This document shows positions 8,384 to 16,812 of a stretch of DNA of 32,381 bases, piece by piece. The number at the start of each line of letters is the position of its first letter. Position 1 is the first letter of the stretch. Under the pieces are notes generated by a model. That model worked only from the letters and a program-made list of their open reading frames with translations. It made no database searches and was not told the DNA's origin. The position numbers and the translations under genes are program-made. The DNA is taken from positions 55,362-87,742 of the forward strand of contig DJWR01000085.1 of the NCBI GenBank assembly GCA_002441055.1, read 5' to 3'. The DNA comes from Caulobacteraceae bacterium UBA6225. GTDB taxonomy: Bacteria; Pseudomonadota; Alphaproteobacteria; Caulobacterales; Caulobacteraceae.

Positions 8384-11300
8384 CGGAGCTGCTGCTCCCA
8401 GCGCCACACAGCTGAAGCGCATCAATACCGATCCCGAACGCCTCGATCTTGTTGGGGCGCCGGAGGGGTATGACGCCCTGGTGATGTCCGACATCGTGCG
8501 GGCCCGCGGCGGCCTCAGCGTCTTCATCGCCCGGGACACCGCCCGGATGAGCGCATTCGCTGACGCCTTCGCCTTCTTCGCGCCAGACGTCGAGGTGATG
8601 CGCTTGCCGTCGTGGGACTGCCTCCCCTATGATCGGATCGGGCCTTCGCCGGGCGTCGCCGCACAGCGGATGACGACCCTGGCGCGGTTGGCGACGGGCG
8701 GTTTCGCGCCCAAGAAGCCGGCCCTGCTGGTGGCCGCCATCCCGGCCATGATCCAGCGGGTTCCGCCCCGGTCGGCCGTGGACGGCGCCTCGTATAGCGC
8801 CCATGTGGGACGGCCAGTGAAGATCGCGGATCTGGAGCGGTACTTCGCCGTCAACGGCTATCAGCGGGCCTCCACGGTTTCCGAACGGGGCGAATTCGCT
8901 ATTCGTGGCGGGGTGATTGACGTCTTCCCGCCCGCCGCCGACGAACCGGTGCGTCTGGACCTGTTTGGCGACATCCTCGAATCCATTCGGGCTTTCGACC
9001 CGGAGACGCAGCGCTCCACAAAACAGCTGACGGAGGTCAGCCTGCTCGCGGTGAGCGAAGCCCTCCTGGATGCCGAGGCGGTGTCCCGCTTTCGCAAAGG
9101 CTATGTGGCGACCTTTGGCGCCGCCGGCGACGATCCGCTCTACGCCACGGTTAGCGAAGGCGGCCGTCGGGCGGGGATGGAGCACTGGCTGCCGCTCTAT
9201 TATCCCAGCCTTGAGACGGTCTTCGACTATCTGCCCGCTGACACCCTGATCGCCGTCGACCATCTGGCGCCCGAGGCCCGGGATGAGCGGCTGAGCATGG
9301 TTCGGGACGCCTATGAAGCCCGGGCCGAAGCCGGCCGTAAGTCCAACTATCGCCCGTTGCCGCCGGAACAGCTCTATCTGTCCGCCGAGGAATGGGAGAG
9401 CGCCCTCTCCACGAGGCCCAACCGCAGGTTTTCCGCCTTCAACGCGGTCGAGGGCGAGCAGGTGATCGATCTGGGGGCCCGGGCCGGCCGCAATTTCGCC
9501 CCGGAACGTCAGCGCGATAGCGTCAACCTGTTCGAGGCCACCGTCGACCATGCCAAGGCCCAGACGGCGGCTGGAAAGCGAGTCCTGTTCGCCTCCTGGA
9601 CCGAGGGGGCATCGGAGCGTCTGGGCGGCATGCTGGCCGATCACGGCCTGTCGAAGGTTTCGCTCGCGCCATACTGGCAGGCGGCCAAGGCGGCTGATCC
9701 GAAGACGCCGCAGCGGGTGGTCCTGCCTCTGGAAGCCGGCTTCGAGACTGACAAGCTGGTCGTCATCTCTGAGACCGACATTCTCGGCGACCGGCTGGCG
9801 CGGCCACGCAAGCGCCGACGCGCGGCCAATTTCCTGGCTGAGGCCTCCGCCCTGACCCCTGGCGACCTGGTCGTGCACATCGAGCACGGCATTGGCCGCT
9901 ATGAGGGTCTGAAGACCCTCGACGTCCAGGGCGCGCCGCACGACTGCCTGGAACTGCAGTATGGCGGCGAGGCCAAGCTCTACCTGCCGGTGGAGAATAT
10001 CGACCTCCTGACCCGCTATGGGGCGGAGACCGAGGGAGTCACCCTTGACCGCCTGGGTGGGGCGGCCTGGCAGGCGCGTAAGGCCAAGGCCAAGGAACGC
10101 CTGCGTGAGATGGCTGGCGGCCTGATCCGCATCGCCGCCGAGCGGGCCATGAAATCGACCCCCGGCATCGATCCGCCCCATGGGGTGTTCGACGAGTTCT
10201 GCGCCCGGTTCCCCTACGAAGAGACCGAAGATCAGCTCAACGCCATCGGTGACGTTCTCACAGATCTGAGTTCTGGCCGGCCAATGGATCGGTTGATCTG
10301 CGGCGATGTCGGCTTCGGCAAGACCGAGGTCGCCCTGCGGGCCGCCTTCGTCGCGGCGATGAGCGGACAGCAGGTGGCCGTGGTGTGTCCCACGACCCTT
10401 CTGGCGCGGCAGCACTTCAAGACCTTCGAAGCCCGCTTCCAGGGATGGCCCATCAAGGTGCGGCGGCTGTCGCGGCTGGTGCCAGCAAGGGAAGCGGCTG
10501 AAACCCGCGAGGGGCTCAAGAGCGGCGAGATCGAAATCGTGGTCGGCACCCATGCGGTGCTGTCCAAGCAGGTCGGGTTCAAGGATCTCGGCCTGGTGAT
10601 CGTCGATGAGGAGCAGCACTTCGGGGTCAAGCACAAGGAGAAGCTCAAGGAGCTTCGCGCCGACGTGCACATGCTGACCCTGACGGCCACGCCAATCCCC
10701 CGCACCTTGCAGATGTCCCTGTCGGGCATCCGCGAGATGTCGATCATCGCTACGCCGCCGGTGGACCGCCTGGCTGTCCGGACCTATGTGACGCCGTGGG
10801 ATCCGGTGACTGTTCGCGAAGCCCTGCTGCGGGAGAAGTACCGGGGCGGCCAGGCCTATTTCGTCACGCCGAGGATCTCCGATCTCACCAATCTGGAGCG
10901 GTTCCTGCGCGAGCAGGTGCCAGAGGTGCGATTTGTGGTCGGCCATGGCCAGATGCCGCCCACCCAGCTGGAAGAGGTCATGTCGGCCTTCTATGACGGC
11001 CAGTATGACGTGCTGCTCTCCACCACTATCGTGGAGTCGGGTCTGGACGTGCCCACGGCCAACACCTTGATCATCAATCGGGCCGACATGTTTGGCCTGT
11101 CGCAGCTGTATCAGATCCGGGGTCGGGTCGGCCGGGCCAAGGCTCGCGCCTACGCCTATATGACCACGCCCGAGGACAAGGCCATCACCCTGTCGGCGGA
11201 GAAGCGCCTGCGGGTGCTTCAGTCGCTGGACAGCCTGGGCGCCGGCTTCCAGCTGGCCAGCCATGACCTGGACATTCGCGGCGGCGGCAACCTGCTGGGT

Positions 11301-11870
11301 GAGGAGCAGTCGGGTCACATCCGCGAGATCGGGGTCGAGCTTTACCAGCAGATGCTGGAGGACGCGGTCAACGAACTCAAAGAACTGGCCGGCGCCGAAG
11401 GCGTGCCCGACCGCGGCTGGTCGCCACAGATCAATACGGGCGCGGCCGTTCTGATCCCTGAGGCCTATGTGCCCGATCTGAACGTGCGGCTGGCGCTCTA
11501 CCGCCGGCTTTCAGAGGCCGAGCAGGCCGCCGATCGAGAGGCTTTGGCCGCCGAGCTCATCGACCGCTTCGGCCCGCTGCCGCCGGAAACTGATCAGCTG
11601 CTGAAGGTCGTCGCCATCAAGGGCATGTGCCGTCAGGCCAATGTCTCGAAGATTGATGTCGGGCCGAAGGGCGCGGTTGTCACCTTCCGCAACGACGCCT
11701 TCCCCAATCCAGGCGGCCTGATCGAGTTCGTCCATCGCAATCAGATGGGCTGGCGGCTGCGGCCAGATAACAAGGCCGTGGTGAAGGGCGAGTGGGAGAG
11801 CCCTGAGCAGCGGCTGAACGCCGCCGAGCGGATCCTGACCGAGCTTTCGCGCTTGGCGACCGCCGCCTAG
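8373..11870 (+). CDS. mfd: Transcription-repair coupling factor
   Basis: WDCLPYDR, GEFAIRGGVIDVF, CarD-like GDLVVHIEHGIGRY, CGDVGFGKTEV, DEEQHFG, TATPIPRT, QIRGRVGR and TRG motif DLDIRGGGNLLG. The GTG start is approximate. Confidence 0.97.
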   Translation: MAADGAAAPSATQLKRINTDPERLDLVGAPEGYDALVMSDIVRARGGLSVFIARDTARMSAFADAFAFFAPDVEVMRLPSWDCLPYDRIGPSPGVAAQRMTTLARLATGGFAPKKPALLVAAIPAMIQRVPPRSAVDGASYSAHVGRPVKIADLERYFAVNGYQRASTVSERGEFAIRGGVIDVFPPAADEPVRLDLFGDILESIRAFDPETQRSTKQLTEVSLLAVSEALLDAEAVSRFRKGYVATFGAAGDDPLYATVSEGGRRAGMEHWLPLYYPSLETVFDYLPADTLIAVDHLAPEARDERLSMVRDAYEARAEAGRKSNYRPLPPEQLYLSAEEWESALSTRPNRRFSAFNAVEGEQVIDLGARAGRNFAPERQRDSVNLFEATVDHAKAQTAAGKRVLFASWTEGASERLGGMLADHGLSKVSLAPYWQAAKAADPKTPQRVVLPLEAGFETDKLVVISETDILGDRLARPRKRRRAANFLAEASALTPGDLVVHIEHGIGRYEGLKTLDVQGAPHDCLELQYGGEAKLYLPVENIDLLTRYGAETEGVTLDRLGGAAWQARKAKAKERLREMAGGLIRIAAERAMKSTPGIDPPHGVFDEFCARFPYEETEDQLNAIGDVLTDLSSGRPMDRLICGDVGFGKTEVALRAAFVAAMSGQQVAVVCPTTLLARQHFKTFEARFQGWPIKVRRLSRLVPAREAAETREGLKSGEIEIVVGTHAVLSKQVGFKDLGLVIVDEEQHFGVKHKEKLKELRADVHMLTLTATPIPRTLQMSLSGIREMSIIATPPVDRLAVRTYVTPWDPVTVREALLREKYRGGQAYFVTPRISDLTNLERFLREQVPEVRFVVGHGQMPPTQLEEVMSAFYDGQYDVLLSTTIVESGLDVPTANTLIINRADMFGLSQLYQIRGRVGRAKARAYAYMTTPEDKAITLSAEKRLRVLQSLDSLGAGFQLASHDLDIRGGGNLLGEEQSGHIREIGVELYQQMLEDAVNELKELAGAEGVPDRGWSPQINTGAAVLIPEAYVPDLNVRLALYRRLSEAEQAADREALAAELIDRFGPLPPETDQLLKVVAIKGMCRQANVSKIDVGPKGAVVTFRNDAFPNPGGLIEFVHRNQMGWRLRPDNKAVVKGEWESPEQRLNAAERILTELSRLATAA

Positions 11871-11887
11871 CTCCCTGGCTAGGTGGC
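11862..11887. terminator. Hairpin spanning the convergent mfd and popA stop codons (possible bidirectional terminator or RNA end-protecting stem)
   Basis: GCCGCCTAGC-tccctg-GCTAGGTGGC forms a 10-bp stem with one G.U pair on the + strand; no U-tract on either side. Confidence 0.3.
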
Positions 11888-13195
11888 CATGGCCCGCCGG
11901 GCGGCCTCCTCCAGGGCGCGGCCGGCGCCTTGGGCGGGGGTGACCTCGGCGACGCCGATATCGAATTCGACCACGAAGGGGGGACGGTTGTCGCCGGCCT
12001 CGAACGCGGTGCAACCGATCACCGCGGCGATCCGTTCGCCGGCGGCCCGGGCCGCGGCGGCTGGGGTCGCGGGCAGGGCCAGGGCGAAGACTTCGTGGCT
12101 CAACCTGGCCGCGGTGTCCTCAACCCGGACCAGCCGGCCGATCATCGCCCCGATCTGGGGGATTGCGCGATCCAGCCACCCCTGAGCCCGGGCCTCCGCC
12201 ACATCCTCACGCTCGGAAACCTTGAGGACACAGACGCTCAATGGGCGATTGCGAATACGGGCTGCCTGGGCCAGTCGGCCAAGATGGTTGGCGAAGAGTT
12301 CGCGGGTGAAGAGGCCCGTGGCCGGGTCCATCAGGCCTGAGCTTCGGGCGCGTTCCAGGGCTTTGCGGATCGCCGTCTGCTTACGATAGGACCTAGCGAG
12401 TTCGGTGACGCGACTGGCGGTCTCGCTCTCCGCCGCCCCGGGAGAGGCCACGTCGGAGACACCACGGTGATAGGCCTCCGACATGGTGAGATAGGACTCC
12501 TCGCGCATGTAGAGCAACGCTGGCACGTGGTAGAGGCGCGTGTTGCGCCGCATGCCGGCGGCTATGGACAAGGCCTCATTGGGATTGTCGCCGGTCCAGA
12601 GCACGACGGTGTCAAACGGCCGCTCATGGAGATAGTCGAAGGCCGTGTAGGCGGTGAATGCGCCCACCACTTCAGCCCCGCTGCGCGCCAGGGCGTTGGA
12701 CAGGGCGAGGAACTGCGGCGCCGGTTCCCCTATGGCCAGGATCCGGAAGGGGGCGGGATCGGACTCAGCGGAGTCGAGCGCCCGGTTCTTTTCCGCAAAG
12801 GTCTGTTGGCGAAGCTCATACTCCTCCTCGGCCACAGCCATGCGCACAAGGTTCTCGAGCCGCAGCACCGCTTGAGCGGGATGGAGGGGTGGGGCCAGGA
12901 TGAGATCGAAGTCCTGGGCGCCGTCGACAGGCTCGCCGATCGCCACGACTGGAAGCCGCCGCGGCGCGCAGGCCGCCTTCAGACGACGGGCCAGGGTCAG
13001 AGCCTCCGGGCCGCCGCTGCGGAGATCCACAATGGCCGCTTCGATCTGCAGATCCGCCAGGGCGGCGATGCCGGCATAGGGGCCTCTGGCGGTGATGGTG
13101 CGCCAGCCCAGCCGGTCCAGCCCTTCGGCCAGGGGACCCGCCAGCCCGTCGTCTCGCGCGACAATCAGAACCCGCGCCTGGACGCCTGCGGACAT
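11879..13195 (-). CDS. popA: c-di-GMP-binding cell-cycle proteolysis adaptor PopA (REC-REC-degenerate GGDEF, PleD paralogue)
   Basis: ARVLIVARDDGLAGPLAEGLDRLGWRTITARGPYA N-terminus typical of PopA; DPATGLFTR; intact I-site RVED followed by degenerate active-site motif SHEVF; lies next to mfd. Start trimmed to ATG 13195 (438 aa). Confidence 0.9.
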   Translation of the reverse strand: MSAGVQARVLIVARDDGLAGPLAEGLDRLGWRTITARGPYAGIAALADLQIEAAIVDLRSGGPEALTLARRLKAACAPRRLPVVAIGEPVDGAQDFDLILAPPLHPAQAVLRLENLVRMAVAEEEYELRQQTFAEKNRALDSAESDPAPFRILAIGEPAPQFLALSNALARSGAEVVGAFTAYTAFDYLHERPFDTVVLWTGDNPNEALSIAAGMRRNTRLYHVPALLYMREESYLTMSEAYHRGVSDVASPGAAESETASRVTELARSYRKQTAIRKALERARSSGLMDPATGLFTRELFANHLGRLAQAARIRNRPLSVCVLKVSEREDVAEARAQGWLDRAIPQIGAMIGRLVRVEDTAARLSHEVFALALPATPAAAARAAGERIAAVIGCTAFEAGDNRPPFVVEFDIGVAEVTPAQGAGRALEEAARRAMAT

Positions 13196-13330
13196 TCTCT
13201 GCACCTTTGACGCAATACACATTCCCCGACGTGCGCCCAGCGCGCCAGAATCGGGCGTCCGCGACGATATCCCGCCGAGACGGAGCGGGCGAGGGATGAG
13301 GCGCCGCACCGCAGGGCCAAGGAGATAAAG

Positions 13331-14104
13331 ATGGTCGCTGAACGAACCCTGAACGGCAAGATCGCTCTGGTTACAGGCGCTTCGGGGGGACTGGGCGCGC
13401 ACTTCGCCCGCGTCTTGACCCAAGCCGGAGCCGAAGTCGTGCTTGCCGCCCGGCGACTTGAACTGGTGGAATCTGGGGCCGCGGAGATCATCGCCGCAGG
13501 CGGCAAGGCCCATGCCCGAGTCCTCGACGTCGCCGACGTCTCCCAGATTGGTCCGCTGTTTGATGAACTGGGCCAGGCTGTCGGCCCTGTGTCGATCCTG
13601 ATCAACAACGCCGGCGTTGGGGGAGAGGGGCGGGCGCTCGACCTCACTCCTGAAGCCTGGGACCAGGCCTTTGATGTGAACGTCCGTGGGGTGTTCTTCT
13701 GTGCTCAGGCCGCCGCCCGACAGATGATCGCCGCCGACCTCGCCAAGTCCGGCGGCGGGCGCATCGTCAACATCGCCTCCATCGCCGCTCACACCGTGCT
13801 GCCAGGCCTTTCAGCCTACAATGCGTCGAAAGCGGCGGTCGGCATGCTCACCAAGGCCCTGGCCCGGGAATGGGCGCGTCATCAGATTGCGGTCAACGCC
13901 CTGTGTCCCGGTTATGTGGAGACCGACATCAACAGCGACTGGTTCGCCACGGAGGGCGGGCAAAAGCAGATCCGGGGCTTCCCGCGCCGTCGCCTCATGG
14001 AGGCCGCTGATCTGGACGCCGCCCTATTGATGCTCGCGGGACCGGCGGCCGCGGCGATCACAGGAACCCTGGTCACTGTTGATGATGGCCAGTCACTACC
14101 CTGA
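13331..14104 (+). CDS. Short-chain dehydrogenase/reductase (FabG-like)
   Basis: TGASGGLG, NNAG, NIAS, YNASK and PGYVET motifs; AAGGAG ribosome-binding site. Confidence 0.92.
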   Translation: MVAERTLNGKIALVTGASGGLGAHFARVLTQAGAEVVLAARRLELVESGAAEIIAAGGKAHARVLDVADVSQIGPLFDELGQAVGPVSILINNAGVGGEGRALDLTPEAWDQAFDVNVRGVFFCAQAAARQMIAADLAKSGGGRIVNIASIAAHTVLPGLSAYNASKAAVGMLTKALAREWARHQIAVNALCPGYVETDINSDWFATEGGQKQIRGFPRRRLMEAADLDAALLMLAGPAAAAITGTLVTVDDGQSLP

Positions 14105-14173
14105 CGGTCTTGGCTGACGGGGCGTCACGGCGCTTAGGTGAGCCCCAACATCAAGACAATGGAGGATCGCCCC

Positions 14174-15313
14174 ATGCGCCAAGGCCCCCTGAGCGGATTG
14201 AAGGTTGTTGAGTTCGCTGGGATCGGACCAGGCCCGTTCTGCGGCATGTTGCTGTCCGACCTTGGCGCTGACGTTGTGCGGATAGATCGCAAGGGAAAGG
14301 GCAGGGCCTCGCCGGCTGATGTGACCAGCCGTGGCCGCCGGTCCATCGGTATGGACCTTAAGTCACCCGACGCCATCGAGGCCTGTCTGAAGCTGATGGA
14401 GGGGGCCGACGCCATCTTTGAGGGCTTCCGCCCGGGCGTCATGGAACGCCTGGGCCTGGGGCCGGACGTGGCCCTGAAGCGCAATCCCAAACTGGTCTAT
14501 GGCCGCATGACGGGTTGGGGTCAGACGGGCCCCTATGCCCACGCGGCAGGTCACGACATGAACTACATCGCCATCACCGGGGCGCTAGACGCCATCGGCA
14601 CGACGGAGAAGCCTGTGCCGCCGCTGAACCTGGTGGGCGATTTCGGCGGCGGCGCCCTCTACCTCGCCTTCGGCTTGCTGGCGGGCGTCATCCACGCCCG
14701 TGAGAGTGGGCAGGGCCAGGTGATCGACTGCGCCATGAGCGATGGCGCGGCCTCCCTGATGGCCATGTTCTACGGGTTCAAGGCCTCTGGCATGTGGAAC
14801 GGCGGTCGGCGCAACAACCTGCTCGATGGTGGCGCCCATTTCTATGACACCTATCAGTGCAAGGACGGCAAATGGGTCTCGATCGGGTCGATTGAACCAC
14901 AATTCTACGCCCTCCTTCTGGAGAAGACTGGCATCACCGACCCCGCCTTCCAGAGGCAGATGGACCGGGGCGAGTGGGAGGGCCTGCGGGCCAAGCTCGC
15001 CGAGGTGATTGCTGGAAAGACCCGGGATGAGTGGACCGCGATCATGGGGGGCACCGACGTGTGCTTCGCCCCAGTCTTGGATATGGATGAGGCGCCTGCG
15101 CACCCTCACAATCAGGCCCGTCAGACCTTCGTCGAGGTGTCCGGGGTCGTGCAGCCGGCGCCTGCGCCGCGCTTTTCGGCCACGCCAGGGGCCATCCAGG
15201 GCCCGCCGCCGGCTATCGGCGCTCATGACGAAGAAGCGCTTAGCGACTGGGGCTTTTCGGCCGAGGAGATTGCGGCCCTGCGCCGGGCCGGCGCGGTGCT
15301 GGAGACGGCCTAA
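14174..15313 (+). CDS. CaiB/BaiF family III CoA-transferase, alpha-methylacyl-CoA racemase-like
   Basis: [43 protein letters not shown] and [18 protein letters not shown] ribosome-binding site before ATG 14174. Confidence 0.92.
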   Translation: MRQGPLSGLKVVEFAGIGPGPFCGMLLSDLGADVVRIDRKGKGRASPADVTSRGRRSIGMDLKSPDAIEACLKLMEGADAIFEGFRPGVMERLGLGPDVALKRNPKLVYGRMTGWGQTGPYAHAAGHDMNYIAITGALDAIGTTEKPVPPLNLVGDFGGGALYLAFGLLAGVIHARESGQGQVIDCAMSDGAASLMAMFYGFKASGMWNGGRRNNLLDGGAHFYDTYQCKDGKWVSIGSIEPQFYALLLEKTGITDPAFQRQMDRGEWEGLRAKLAEVIAGKTRDEWTAIMGGTDVCFAPVLDMDEAPAHPHNQARQTFVEVSGVVQPAPAPRFSATPGAIQGPPPAIGAHDEEALSDWGFSAEEIAALRRAGAVLETA

Positions 15314-15317
15314 GCAC

Positions 15318-15377
15318 CTGAACATAAAGCCGAACATCCGTTCAGGCGGCGTTCAGCGCCAGGTTAATAGCCTGAAC
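15318..15377 (+). promoter_or_regulatory. Clustered CTGAAC/GTTCAG repeats (transcription-factor sites) and -10 element upstream of the sRNA candidate
   Basis: CTGAAC 15318, CCGAAC 15330, GTTCAG 15340, GTTCAG 15351 and CTGAAC 15372; TAATAG at 15365. Confidence 0.55.
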
Positions 15378-15484
15378 ACAGGTCGAGGTCGCACTCTCCC
15401 GTCCCTCGAGCGGCCCCGACCCGATGGCTGACACGCCCATCGATGGCGCGCCTCCAGTTGTCCTGGAGGCGCGTCGTCACTTTA
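15378..15484 (+). ncRNA. Putative small regulatory RNA with three consecutive hairpins (possibly the Caulobacter CC1840-type sRNA)
   Basis: Stem 1 pairs 15381-15392 with 15410-15421 around the C-rich loop ACTCTCCCGTCCCTCGA. Stem 2 is CGATGG/CCATCG (15422-15442). Stem 3 (15443-15477) is followed by CACTTT. No credible ORF lies in this intergenic gap. Confidence 0.7.
15443..15484 (+). terminator. Intrinsic terminator-like hairpin (3' end of the sRNA candidate)
   Basis: ATGGCGCGCCTCCAG-ttgtc-CTGGAGGCGCGTCGT followed by CACTTT; the U-tract is short. Confidence 0.6.
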
Positions 15485-15530
15485 AAAGGGGCGCTTGCGC
15501 TGCTGCAAAATCCTTGTTCAACGTGCAGGG

Positions 15531-16484
15531 ATGACGATCCACCTGGAGCTGGACCGCTTGGGCCTGCGTCGATGGGAGCCCGTTCGGGCAGCTCGCCTGG
15601 GCCTCTCGACGGTGGGGCGCGCCCTGACCCGCCTCTGGGGGCGGGACGTAATGCTCTATGTGGGCGGCACATCATTCTTCATCATGCTCGCCATCTTTCC
15701 GGCCGTGGCCCTGTTGATCGGGGCCTACAGCCTTCTGGCCGACCCGGCCCAGGCTGAGTTTCAGGCCGAAGCGCTGGCGCGGCTCATGCCGGCTGGGGCT
15801 CGCGATCTATTTCGTGCGGAGCTTGAGCGGCTGGCCCACGCACCGCGGGACGCCATATCGGCCCAGAGCGGCGTCGCCCTGGTGATCGGCGCCTACGCCG
15901 CTCATCGCGGCTTCAAAGCGCTGCTGGCGGGCCTGTCCTTCATTCACGATGAGCCCGATCCGCGCGGCTTTGTCGGGTTCAACCTTCTGGCCCTTGTGGT
16001 GCTGCTGGCTGCGGCGGCGATGATGGGGCTGGTCTCGTCGATGTTTCTGGGTCTGAGGGTCGCGGCGGCCACCTTCGACCTTCGCCCCCTGGCCGGAGTT
16101 TCGTGGCTCTACAGCGAATGGACCTGGGCGAGTTCCGGTCTGACCCTGGGGATGAGCCTCATCTATCGGTACGCCATGTCCCGGCGGACAGTGGCCTGGG
16201 TGGCGGCGGCCTGTGGCGGCTTCGCCTCAGCCATGCTGTGCCTTGTCGCCTCCTGGGCCAGCGCCTTCTATGTGGAGCAGATCGCTCATCTCGGCGCGAC
16301 CTATGGGTCGATCACCGCGGTCGTGGTCTTCCTCATCTGGCTGTCCTGGAGCGTGAACGCGGTGTTTTTTGGCGGAGCGCTGGCGACGGAGATCGAGATT
16401 CGCCTGGACGAGCACCGCCGGCAGGCGCTGTTGGCCGACCTCAGGCCAAAGAGCCCTCGACTGACTTCTCGACCAGAAAACTGA
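15531..16484 (+). CDS. YihY/virulence factor BrkB family inner-membrane protein
   Basis: Multiple TM helices, FFIMLAIFP near the N-terminus and ATYGSITAVVVFLIWLSWS...FFGGAL at the C-terminus. Start trimmed to ATG 15531. Confidence 0.88.
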   Translation: MTIHLELDRLGLRRWEPVRAARLGLSTVGRALTRLWGRDVMLYVGGTSFFIMLAIFPAVALLIGAYSLLADPAQAEFQAEALARLMPAGARDLFRAELERLAHAPRDAISAQSGVALVIGAYAAHRGFKALLAGLSFIHDEPDPRGFVGFNLLALVVLLAAAAMMGLVSSMFLGLRVAAATFDLRPLAGVSWLYSEWTWASSGLTLGMSLIYRYAMSRRTVAWVAAACGGFASAMLCLVASWASAFYVEQIAHLGATYGSITAVVVFLIWLSWSVNAVFFGGALATEIEIRLDEHRRQALLADLRPKSPRLTSRPEN

Positions 16485-16689
16485 GAACCTCACCGTCATG
16501 GGCCTGTTCGATCAGGATCAGACCCGCACCGGCCACGAAGTGAGGCACATCTATCCGCGCCAGCGGATCGTCAGCCAACAGCCGGACATGGGCGCCCAGC
16601 GGCGCCGCCTCCAGCGCCCGGCGCAGCCGCAGGGTTGGCACCGGACAACGGTGCCCACGGGCGTCGACAAGGACTTCAGGCGCGGCCAT
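16441..16689 (-). CDS. tusA: Sulfurtransferase TusA/SirA family protein
   Basis: VDARGHRCPVP (CPxP motif) and LLADDPLARIDVPHF; 82 aa from ATG 16689. Confidence 0.88.
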   Translation of the reverse strand: MAAPEVLVDARGHRCPVPTLRLRRALEAAPLGAHVRLLADDPLARIDVPHFVAGAGLILIEQAHDGEVLSFLVEKSVEGSLA

Positions 16690-16812
16690 GTGGCCCCATA
16701 ATCCCCTGGGACGCCAAGCGAAAGCCCGATGATCCGCCTTTTTTGACGCCTTGGTTGGGTCTTTTCGCGCGCCAGTGCGTTCATAGCGGGTTTGGGGAGT
16801 GGGGGAGAGCTC

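Noticed and set aside
8328..11318. 996-aa ORF on the - strand
   Set aside because: It is the antisense shadow of mfd. Long stop-free antisense frames are expected in high-GC coding DNA, and it has no recognisable motifs.
13196..13792. 199-aa N-terminal extension of popA (637-aa ORF), suggesting a fusion
   Set aside because: The extension is intergenic sequence plus the antisense of the SDR gene; PopA homology begins at about 13195.
15318..15377. Short repeats read as a mini-CRISPR or iteron array
   Set aside because: The units are 6 bp in mixed orientation, with no spacers of CRISPR length and no cas or rep genes; they fit transcription-factor sites.
15364..15757. Small ORFs across the CoA-transferase/yihY gap (15364..15675 on -, 15443..15757 on +)
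   Set aside because: They have Pro/Gly/Arg-rich off-frame composition and overlap yihY; the structured-RNA reading explains the region better.
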